Of a DNA stretch of 22,273 nt, positions 7,992 to 15,468 are shown one piece after another (within the stretch, counting starts at the first letter, position 1; each line of letters starts with the position of its first letter). The position numbers were made by a program, and so were the translations under genes. The notes below the pieces were generated by a model. It made no database searches, was not told where the DNA came from, and was given only the letters and a program-made list of their open reading frames with translations. Source of the stretch: Candidatus Hadarchaeales archaeon (lineage in GTDB: Archaea > Hadarchaeota > Hadarchaeia > Hadarchaeales > Hadarchaeaceae); contig JAWCKV010000013.1 of NCBI GenBank assembly GCA_038851565.1, positions 1-22,273 of the forward strand, given 5' to 3'.

Positions 7992-8522
7992 ATGAAATCC
8001 CCCCTGAAAAAAGTTGAGAGCGAAAAGGCTCTTCTGGAGAGGATCTCTCTCGCCATCCCCGGCTTCAGGGGTTACAAGCAGAAGGAGATGAGGAGGGAGG
8101 CCGACAGGCTCATAAGGGACCACATCTATCGGAAGCTCTCCAGCGCGAAGTCCGACCTCCGCGAGGTGCTGAGGCAGCTCGCCGCCAACAGGATCACCGG
8201 CATCATGGCAGAGCTCGACAGGGTGATCGCGAAGCTCGACAGGGTTGCCGAGCTCATACATCACGCTCCGCACGGGTATGCAGGGTTCTTCAATGCAGTG
8301 AAGGTAGATGAGGAGGATCTGGAAAGGATGATGGAGTTTGACCTGAAGATGGTGGATGGTACAAATGAGATCGAGGCCATGGCGAGGGGACTCAAGGAGG
8401 AGGCCGTGAAGAAGAACTTTGAGGCCATCGGTGACGGGATTGGCGAGCTGGAGAGGAAGGTGGACGGGCTGGAGGGTCTATTTAGCGGGAGGACTGAGGT
8501 CATAATGGGAGTTGAGCTCTGA
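7992..8522 (+). CDS. hypothetical coiled-coil protein with basic N-terminal half and acidic C-terminal half
   Basis: 176 aa with heptad-like charged/hydrophobic patterning (LLERISLAI, ITGIMAELDRVIAKLDRVAELI, IGELERKVDGLEGLF). Its TGATG stop/start overlaps the next gene, so the two are translationally coupled. Confidence 0.6.
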   Translation: MKSPLKKVESEKALLERISLAIPGFRGYKQKEMRREADRLIRDHIYRKLSSAKSDLREVLRQLAANRITGIMAELDRVIAKLDRVAELIHHAPHGYAGFFNAVKVDEEDLERMMEFDLKMVDGTNEIEAMARGLKEEAVKKNFEAIGDGIGELERKVDGLEGLFSGRTEVIMGVEL

Positions 8523-9520
8523 TGCCGCAGGTTATCGAGTGGACCGCCTATCAGCCCGGGAAGATAGTGTGGAAGTATCCCGATGAGAACATCACCTGGG
8601 GAGCCCAGCTGATCGTGAAGGAGATGGAGGCGGCGGTTTTCTTCAGGGATGGAAAGGCATACGATGTGTTCGGCCCGGGCAGGCACACGATCACGACCCA
8701 GAACCTGCCCCTCCTGACAAAGGTCCTCACGCGGCTGGCTGGGTATAAGGAAACCCCGTTCAAGGCGATGGTCATATTCGTCTCGACAAAGCAGTTCGAC
8801 GGGAAGTTCGGGCTGAGGGCCCAGACCACGGAGCTCGCGCCCCTGATGGCCCACGGCACGTTCTGGTTCAAGATAGAGAGTCCACAGCTCTTCGTTACGG
8901 AGGTCGTGGGCGGGCAGGGCGCGTATCACACGGTCGACGTGAACGAGTTTCTCCGGGGGTTTGTCAACGAGAAGGTGATCGACGAGCTGTCCCAGTACGA
9001 CCTTGCCACCGTATTCACCCGGCTGGATGAAACCTCGATGACGGTAAAGGCGCACCTCATCGATGCCTTCAGGAGGCTGGGCATCGAGCTGGTCGACATG
9101 AAGTTCGAGGGCATTGACACCGAGCCGCAGTACAGGGAGAGGCTCTTCTGGATAAAGTCCGGCGCTGCGGCTCCCACTGAGGTCCTGAGGATGGAGACGG
9201 TGAAGGAATCCGCCAAGGAGCTGGGAAAGTCGCCGGGGGCCGGGCTCGGAGCGGGGATGATGATAATACCTCCGATGTTTCAGCAGCCCGCGCAGCCGGC
9301 CGGAGCCCCGGCTGCAGCGCTGGTCATCTGTCCCGGCTGCGGCGCTCGAATTCCATCCAGCGCGAAGTTCTGCCCGGAGTGCGGGAGCCAGATCTCCCCA
9401 AGGGGAACGATGAAGTGCCCAAAATGCGGCGAGGAAATTCCTTCCACCTCAAAGTTCTGCCCTGCTTGCGGTAAAAGTCTAACCGGTTCAGGAGGGAGGA
9501 GGGTCACCAGGCAACGGTAG
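8522..9520 (+). CDS. SPFH/Band-7 superfamily protein of the Band_7_1/COG4260 (B. subtilis YdjI-like) type with C-terminal double zinc ribbon
   Basis: 332 aa. VIEWTAYQPGKIVWKYP...FFRDGKAYDVFGPGRHTITTQN...RAQTTE...AHGTFWFKIESP matches the YdjI/COG4260 N-terminal pattern (VVEWEEF...I.YKW; GTF.FKV). A Pro/Ala/Gly linker precedes CPGCGARIPSSAKFCPECGSQI...KCPKCGEEIPSTSKFCPACGKS, which is two CxxC-x9-CxxC ribbons. Confidence 0.8.
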   Translation: MPQVIEWTAYQPGKIVWKYPDENITWGAQLIVKEMEAAVFFRDGKAYDVFGPGRHTITTQNLPLLTKVLTRLAGYKETPFKAMVIFVSTKQFDGKFGLRAQTTELAPLMAHGTFWFKIESPQLFVTEVVGGQGAYHTVDVNEFLRGFVNEKVIDELSQYDLATVFTRLDETSMTVKAHLIDAFRRLGIELVDMKFEGIDTEPQYRERLFWIKSGAAAPTEVLRMETVKESAKELGKSPGAGLGAGMMIIPPMFQQPAQPAGAPAAALVICPGCGARIPSSAKFCPECGSQISPRGTMKCPKCGEEIPSTSKFCPACGKSLTGSGGRRVTRQR

Positions 9521-9561
9521 GAAGTGGTTTCCTGGTAACCGAAAACACAAGAAACAGGCTC

Positions 9562-10080
9562 ATGAGGGCCGGTTTGGCATTTTTCGCGATAGGCCTTGGC
9601 CTGCCGATCGTCACGATTTTGGTGGCCGTGATGGTCGGCTTCGTCGATGAGTCCATAATGCTCAACATCATGAACACGATGGAGAGAAATGCTGGTCTGC
9701 TTGTTCCAGCGTGCGGTGGGCTGGTCTTGTTGGGCGTTGTCCTGATGGCTGCGACCTGGAGCGTGCTTAAGCCGACGTTCCCGAGGGGGCTGGCGAAGAG
9801 GATAAAGGACTACGCTGTTCCCGCGCTGGAGTCGAAGGGCAGAGTTTCCCTTCAGGAGATTGCCGAAAATGTTGGGGCGGATGTGCCGGATGTGGAGTCC
9901 TGTCTGCGCGGGGGTTACGGTTACCAGGGCATGCTTTCCATGGGCTACTTTGATGAGAAAGTTAAACTGGAAGGAGGGTGGCTGGCAAAATCCGTCCCGC
10001 TTAAATGCCCATACTGCGGAATAGACCTGCCCGAGGGAGCTAAAAAGTGCCCCAACTGCGGAGCGGCGGTTAAGAAGTAG
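9562..10080 (+). CDS. two-TM membrane protein with winged-helix-like cytoplasmic segment and C-terminal zinc ribbon
   Basis: 172 aa. Two hydrophobic helices span residues 5-30 and 45-70. GRVSLQEIAENVGADVPDVESCLR is HTH-like. The C-terminus CPYCGIDLPEGAKKCPNCGAAV is a CxxC-x9-CxxC ribbon. Confidence 0.65.
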   Translation: MRAGLAFFAIGLGLPIVTILVAVMVGFVDESIMLNIMNTMERNAGLLVPACGGLVLLGVVLMAATWSVLKPTFPRGLAKRIKDYAVPALESKGRVSLQEIAENVGADVPDVESCLRGGYGYQGMLSMGYFDEKVKLEGGWLAKSVPLKCPYCGIDLPEGAKKCPNCGAAVKK

Positions 10081-10081
10081 A

Positions 10082-11716
10082 TTAACCGGCACGGGCAGGA
10101 ACAAGTTTCTTCGTCATGTAGGGCCCCTCTCTCCGGTAACCAGATCTTCTGTAATAGTTTCTCGTTCCAATGCCAGCGAGCACGGCCACCTTGCTGGCAT
10201 CCAGACATTCTCTCGAAATTCTCTCGGCCTCCTGCAGCAGGCGCTCTCCCCAGCCGCGGTGTTGCCATGCTTCATTTCCGGCTTCGTCGCCCACCTTCAC
10301 GAGCGGACCATATACGTGGAGTTCCCTCACAACTGTAGTTCTCTCGGATGAGATCTCCCGCCTGTGGGCCCCTTGGGAGGGATACCTGAGCCTGAGCAGC
10401 GCGATGATGATGTCGCGTTCGATGTCCTCGAATGACAGAAATATCTCCTCTCCTCCCGATGCCGAATACCTCCTCTCGACAAGTTCGATGTTTTCCTCCC
10501 CTGGCGTGACCCCCTCCCTGTACCGCACGTGCCCCACCTCTCTGCACCTGATGCACCTGCACCTTCTCCCGCTCTCCCTCAGCTTTTTCCGGACGATCTC
10601 CCTGAGGTCGCCGCGCCTGATTCCGCCCGCTATCAGATGTGCGGGTATGTCGCGCTGGATTCTCTGGATCCTGACCCAGGGCGGTGTCATCGCCTTTATC
10701 TCGGCTATCAGTTCAACAAGCTGTTCGAGCGGGTAGGGAGAGTACTCTCCCCTCCCCCACATCCCGTGAAGCTCTGTGTTTGGCATGACCAGGGTCGGAT
10801 ATATCTTGATGGCGTCTGGCCTGAACCTCTCATCCTCAAAGAGGGTCCTGAACATATAGAGGTCCCTTTGCCAGCTGGAGCCGGGGAGGTTCAGCATCAT
10901 GTGTGCCACAATCGCCAGTCCAGAGTCCCTTGCTATCCTCATGGCATCCGCCACATCGTTCACCGTGTGTCCCCTTCCGATCCGGACATAGATCTCGTCA
11001 TCGAGCGCCTGCACCCCCAGCTCCACCCGCGTGGCCCCGAGCCTCAGCATGAGGTCCACGTGGGGCTCCCTGCACCAGTCCGGGCGCGTCTCAAACGTTA
11101 TGTCGCTTATGTGTATGCGTGATCCCTCGGCAGTCCTCATTGCTTCCTCCAGGTCCCCGGAGCGAGAGCCCGTGATGGCGTTCAGGCAGCCTAGCATGAA
11201 CTCCTCCAGGTAGTCCTCGGGATATGCTGTTATCGTCCCTCCGAAGACCACCAGTTCGACCTTGTCCACCTCATGTCCGATCGCCCTGAGTTGCTCGATG
11301 CGTGACCTTACCTGGAGGTATGGATCGAAGTTGTGCTGCAGCGCACGCATGGCGGCCGGCTCCCTTCCCGTATAGCTCTGGGGCGTCCCCTGTGTGGGGC
11401 CGCCCGGGCAGTAGATGCATGGGCGCTCCTTGGGACACGGGTGCGGTCTGGGCATCACGGTTATGACGGAAACTCCTGATATGGAGCGGACGGGCTTCAG
11501 CCTGAGCAGTCCCGCAATTGCCTTCCTCTCCTCATGTCCGGCCGCAGCGAGGATCTCCGAGTTGCGGGGAACCCTGGTGAGGCTAAATTTTCTGCACGCC
11601 TCAATCTTCGCCCTGGCCAGCTCCGCGCGGTCCTTTATTTTACCTGCGGACATGGCCTTCAGTATCTCCTTGCACGCATCCCTGAGGTCCTCCATGGTAC
11701 CAATGATCTTTATCAC
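10082..11716 (-). CDS. elp3: Elp3-family tRNA uridine(34) modification enzyme (radical SAM plus GNAT acetyltransferase domains)
   Basis: 544 aa. It has the radical-SAM cysteine cluster PCPKERPCIYCPGGP...QSYTGREP, a C-terminal GNAT-like domain, and the typical archaeal Elp3 length. The gene converges on the previous gene with a 1-nt spacer. Confidence 0.9.
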   Translation of the reverse strand: MIKIIGTMEDLRDACKEILKAMSAGKIKDRAELARAKIEACRKFSLTRVPRNSEILAAAGHEERKAIAGLLRLKPVRSISGVSVITVMPRPHPCPKERPCIYCPGGPTQGTPQSYTGREPAAMRALQHNFDPYLQVRSRIEQLRAIGHEVDKVELVVFGGTITAYPEDYLEEFMLGCLNAITGSRSGDLEEAMRTAEGSRIHISDITFETRPDWCREPHVDLMLRLGATRVELGVQALDDEIYVRIGRGHTVNDVADAMRIARDSGLAIVAHMMLNLPGSSWQRDLYMFRTLFEDERFRPDAIKIYPTLVMPNTELHGMWGRGEYSPYPLEQLVELIAEIKAMTPPWVRIQRIQRDIPAHLIAGGIRRGDLREIVRKKLRESGRRCRCIRCREVGHVRYREGVTPGEENIELVERRYSASGGEEIFLSFEDIERDIIIALLRLRYPSQGAHRREISSERTTVVRELHVYGPLVKVGDEAGNEAWQHRGWGERLLQEAERISRECLDASKVAVLAGIGTRNYYRRSGYRREGPYMTKKLVPARAG

Positions 11717-11767
11717 GCGGCGATATTAACGGGCTCGGACAACAGTTTAAGTCTCTCTTTCCCATAG

Positions 11768-13951
11768 TTGAACGCTGGTGTGAGCTTGAGGGTGCGCGAT
11801 GTCTGTAAAAAATATGGTTTGCCCGTGAAGATCGCGGAGGTGCTTGAGGCCCGCGGAATAGATGAGCTCTACCCCCCGCAGAGGGAGGCCGTGGGGAGGG
11901 GAGCGCTGGAGGGGAAAAACTTGGTGATGGCCATACCCACAGCTGCGGGCAAGACCCTGGTGGCGGAGCTGTGTATGCTCAGGAGCATCCTCCTGTGGGG
12001 AGGAAGGTGTATATACGTGGTTCCCCTGAGGGCTCTGGCAAGCGAGAAGTGGGAGGATTTCAGGGAGAAGTACGGGGAGCTGGGGATAAGGGTGGGCCTG
12101 AGCACGGGGGACTACGACATCGCTGATCCAAGGCTCGCCGAGTATCACATACTCGTTGCCACGTCAGAGAAGGTGGACTCCCTTCTCCGTCACCGGGCTA
12201 AGTGGCTCGCGGAGGCCACATCGGTGGTTGTGCTCGATGAGGTCCATCTCATCGACGATCCCGGCCGAGGCCCCACCCTGGAGGTTTTGACTGCGAGGCT
12301 CAGGCAGGTCAACCCTAGGCTTCAGATACTCGCGCTCTCTGCGACGATAAGGAACGCGGACGAGCTCGCGGAGTGGCTGGGGGCAGAGCTCGTCAAAAGC
12401 GACTGGAGGCCGGTGCCGCTGAGGAAGGGCGTATGCTGCAGGGGGGAGGTCACATTCGACGATGGCACAGTTCAGAGGGTAAAGGTCGAATCTGGAGATC
12501 CGCTCAGCTCGCTTGCCCTTGAAACGGTGCAGGAGGGAGGACAGGCCCTCGTGTTCGTCAACACGAGAAAATCCGCACAGGCAGCCGCCCAGCTCCTCTC
12601 AGGATATATGGGACCTATTCTCTCTCCGGAGGATCGCGCAAAGCTGCAGGAGGTGGCACAGGGCATAGAGAGGGCACTGGGGGAGCCCACTCGCACCTGC
12701 AGGGAGCTGGCGGAGTGCGTGAGGAAGGGCGTGGCGTTCCATCACGCTGGGCTTCACCACCTGCAGAGGAAGGCGGTGGAGGATTCGTTCAGGAAAAACC
12801 TCCTCAAGGTCGTATGCGCGACGCCAACCCTCGCGATGGGCCTCAACCTACCCTCAAGGAGGACGATTATACGGGATTATCGGCGGTACGTCGAGCCATA
12901 CGGCATGACCTTCATCCCTGTCCTTGAGTTTCATCAGCTCTGCGGACGCGCGGGCAGGCCCCAGTACGACAGGTACGGGGAGGCAGTTGTGATAGCCCAC
13001 AGCAGGGGGGAGATGGAGACGATATTCGAGGAGTTCATAAACGCGGAGCCGGAGCGCATAATTTCGAAGCTTGGCACCGAGCCTGCCCTCAGGTCCCATG
13101 TGCTGGCATCGATCGCAGCGGGCTATGCTGCCACTGAGGAGGATCTCATGGATTTTCTGGGAAAGACGTTCTTCGCGTATCAGTTCAGCGCGGTCAGCGT
13201 GGAGCGCGTGGTCAGCGAGGTCCTGGACTTCCTGATGAGGGAGGACATGGTCAGGAGGGAGGACAGGACGCTGATCGCGACTCGGTTTGGGGAGCTCGTT
13301 TCCAAGCTGTACATAGACCCACTTTCCGGCGTCGTGCTCAGGGACGGCCTCAGGACAGCCGCTGGCGAGAGGCCCAGCGACATGGGGCTTCTTCACCTCA
13401 TTTGTCACACCCCCGACATGTCTCCCCTGTACCTGAGGGAGAGCGAGTACTCCGACATGGAACTGGCCTACCTCAACCTTGCAGATCAGCTGCTCACCCC
13501 GATTCCCGATCCCAGGCGTGAGCCGGATAAGTTTGAGAGCTTTCTGGCGGAGCTGAAGACCGCCCAGATGATCAGGATGTGGATTGAGGAGGTGAGGGAG
13601 GAGGCCATCCACGAGCAGTTTGGCGTGGGAGCCGGAGATGTGAGGAGGATCGCCGAGACAGCGGAGTGGCTTCTCTACGCTGCCCATGAGCTCGCGAGCC
13701 TCTTCAGGTGCCGAGGTGCTCTCGCTCCCCTCAGGAACCTGCGCGAGAGGGTAAGGCACGGTGTGAAGGAGGAGCTGCTTGAGCTTGTGAGCCTGCGCGG
13801 CATAGGGCGCGTGAGGGGAAGGAGCCTGTACAGGGCGGGCTACAGGAGCCTGAAGGACATTGCGCGCGCCTCCGAGGAGGATCTGGCAAGAGTGCCGTAC
13901 ATAGGACCGGAGATAGCGCGGAGCATCAAGCGACAGGCGAGCGGTGTGTAA
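11768..13951 (+). CDS. hel308: Hel308/Hjm (Ski2-like) ATP-dependent DNA helicase
   Basis: It has ELYPPQREA (Q-motif), Walker A AIPTAAGKTLVAE, a DEVH box VVLDEVHLIDD, and a C-terminal HhH domain LVSLRGIGRVRGRSLYRAG...VPYIGPEIARSI. It uses a non-ATG start: TTG 11768 is the longest ORF, but GTG 11780 or TTG 11786 fits the MRVDEL-type homolog N-termini better. Confidence 0.88.
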   Translation: MNAGVSLRVRDVCKKYGLPVKIAEVLEARGIDELYPPQREAVGRGALEGKNLVMAIPTAAGKTLVAELCMLRSILLWGGRCIYVVPLRALASEKWEDFREKYGELGIRVGLSTGDYDIADPRLAEYHILVATSEKVDSLLRHRAKWLAEATSVVVLDEVHLIDDPGRGPTLEVLTARLRQVNPRLQILALSATIRNADELAEWLGAELVKSDWRPVPLRKGVCCRGEVTFDDGTVQRVKVESGDPLSSLALETVQEGGQALVFVNTRKSAQAAAQLLSGYMGPILSPEDRAKLQEVAQGIERALGEPTRTCRELAECVRKGVAFHHAGLHHLQRKAVEDSFRKNLLKVVCATPTLAMGLNLPSRRTIIRDYRRYVEPYGMTFIPVLEFHQLCGRAGRPQYDRYGEAVVIAHSRGEMETIFEEFINAEPERIISKLGTEPALRSHVLASIAAGYAATEEDLMDFLGKTFFAYQFSAVSVERVVSEVLDFLMREDMVRREDRTLIATRFGELVSKLYIDPLSGVVLRDGLRTAAGERPSDMGLLHLICHTPDMSPLYLRESEYSDMELAYLNLADQLLTPIPDPRREPDKFESFLAELKTAQMIRMWIEEVREEAIHEQFGVGAGDVRRIAETAEWLLYAAHELASLFRCRGALAPLRNLRERVRHGVKEELLELVSLRGIGRVRGRSLYRAGYRSLKDIARASEEDLARVPYIGPEIARSIKRQASGV

Positions 13952-14020
13952 CTCCTGAAAGAGGCAGCGCCGGCTACGGTATCGATTTAAGGAGTTTGGG
14001 AGATTGATTATGGGAATTCC

Positions 14021-14599
14021 TTGTGCCCTGAGGCTCGCGTGAGAGGAAAGAGAGGGCCCGTGGAGTTGGATGGGTATTTTACGCCCGGGAGGCTTGTTTT
14101 CGTCGCCCTGATTCCCGCAAGGAAATACCCTGAGTTCATGAACAGCATAGCGAGGTTTATCTCAAGTAGGTGGAATAAGATATGCATGGTTTCACTGACC
14201 AAGCCCTATTCAACTCTGGTTGACTCCTTCAAACGGTTGGGCATTGACCCGAAAAAGTTCTTCATCGTGGACGCAATTTCTCAGACTGCAGGAGGAGCAG
14301 AGAGGGCGGAGAACGTCGTCTTCGTCTCGAGTCCAGCTGCGATAACGGAGCTGGGCATCAAGGTAGGAGAGACTCTGAGGAGGGAGAAGCCGGACTTTCT
14401 CATTCTTGACTCCATATCTGTCATGCTGATATACGTGCCGGAGCAGGAGGTTCTGAAGTTCATACACATGCTTGTTTCCAGATTCCGCGCCAGCGGAATA
14501 TGCTCGCTTTTCACGGTTCTTCTGGAGGACACTGAAACGAGGGTGGTGAGGAACATATGCATGTTCGCAGATGCGGTTATAGACCTGGGGGAGGGGTGA
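14021..14599 (+). CDS. KaiC/RecA-superfamily paralog lacking the Walker A P-loop (probable pseudo-ATPase partner of the downstream KaiC-like protein)
   Basis: The C-terminal two-thirds align with the adjacent KaiC-like protein (FLILDSISVMLIYV vs FIVIDSISAIESAF; SLFTVLLEDTE vs SFLITETEDAP). At the P-loop position the sequence reads VFVALIPARKYPEF instead of GxxGxGKT. The start is uncertain: TTG 14021, GTG 14039/14060 or ATG 14138. Confidence 0.6.
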   Translation: MCPEARVRGKRGPVELDGYFTPGRLVFVALIPARKYPEFMNSIARFISSRWNKICMVSLTKPYSTLVDSFKRLGIDPKKFFIVDAISQTAGGAERAENVVFVSSPAAITELGIKVGETLRREKPDFLILDSISVMLIYVPEQEVLKFIHMLVSRFRASGICSLFTVLLEDTETRVVRNICMFADAVIDLGEG

Positions 14600-14600
14600 A

Positions 14601-14610
14601 TATATATTAT
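14601..14610. promoter_or_regulatory. TATA-like element TATATATTAT about 40 nt upstream of the KaiC-like gene; GGAGGG ribosome-binding site at 14633-14638
   Basis: This is an AT-rich island immediately after the upstream stop codon. An SD-like GGAGGG lies 8 nt before the ATG at 14647. Confidence 0.45.
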
Positions 14611-14646
14611 CTTAGTGAGGCAACTCTATCATGGAGGGCGGAATAG

Positions 14647-15468
14647 ATGCCCAGGGCCCCCAAGAAGGCCAAGAAGGTGTCTCAGGAACCTGAGTTCATA
14701 AAGATCGGAATACCCGGTTTCGACGATCTTTTTGCAAGGGGCATCCCGCGAGGAACAAACATCCTCATAGCGGGAGGTCCGGGGACTGGAAAGACGATAT
14801 TCTGTCTTCAGGCCCTCTACAACTCCGCGAGGGCCGGCCACGATTGCGTTTACATCACAATGGAGGAATCCGTGGAGAGATTGAGGGCACACATGGAGGA
14901 TTTTGGGTGGTCCACGAAGGTGGTGGAGCAGGGCAGAGGCAGGATTAAGATGAGGGTAGACGATGCAGGGCATATATTCGTGATGAAACATGATCCAATA
15001 CGCGTTGCGAGGTCCGTCGAGGCCATGTTGGCGAAGGTCACGGGGGACCTCTCGATAGACATAGAGGCGATTCCAGGGCTCGTCCCGAGGGGGTTGCGCC
15101 CGTACTTCATCGTTATAGATTCAATTTCTGCCATCGAGTCTGCCTTCGTCGGGAGACCAGAGAGCTACAGGATATACATAGAGCAGCTATTCAGGATGCT
15201 GGAGGAGCTCGGGAGCACATCCTTCCTCATAACGGAGACCGAGGACGCCCCGGTGAGGTTTTCTCGCTCAGGCGTTGAGGAGTTCCTCGCCGATGGGGTG
15301 ATAGTCCTGTATAACATGAAGGTCGGCGACACGAGGGTCAGGGCGATAGAGATTCTGAAGTTCAGGGGAGCCAAGCACGAGCGGAAACTGGTTCCCATGG
15401 AGATCACCGATAAGGGAATTGCGATATTCCCGAAGGAGAGGGTCTACGGAGTGGAGGGACTGAGATGA
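14647..15468 (+). CDS. single-domain KaiC-like RecA-superfamily ATPase (archaeal signal-transduction KaiC homolog)
   Basis: 273 aa. It has the motif GIPGFDDLFARGIPRGTNILIAGGPGTGKT (Walker A), Walker B FIVIDSIS, and the KaiC-type C-terminus ILKFRGAKHERKLVPMEITDKGIAIFP. Its ATGA overlaps the next gene. Confidence 0.9.
   Translation: MPRAPKKAKKVSQEPEFIKIGIPGFDDLFARGIPRGTNILIAGGPGTGKTIFCLQALYNSARAGHDCVYITMEESVERLRAHMEDFGWSTKVVEQGRGRIKMRVDDAGHIFVMKHDPIRVARSVEAMLAKVTGDLSIDIEAIPGLVPRGLRPYFIVIDSISAIESAFVGRPESYRIYIEQLFRMLEELGSTSFLITETEDAPVRFSRSGVEEFLADGVIVLYNMKVGDTRVRAIEILKFRGAKHERKLVPMEITDKGIAIFPKERVYGVEGLR

Noticed and set aside
8261-10104. Long minus-strand ORFs (264 aa at 8261-9055 and 274 aa at 9280-10104) antisense to the coiled-coil, SPFH and TM-ZnR genes
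   Set aside because: They are low-complexity Ser/Pro/Arg-rich translations. The sense-strand genes have clear domain signatures: SPFH, TM helices and zinc ribbons.
12854-13759. 301-aa ORF antisense to hel308
   Set aside because: It lies entirely inside a strongly supported helicase gene on the opposite strand. Its composition is Pro/Arg/Leu-rich, as expected for a GC-rich antisense frame. It has no motifs.
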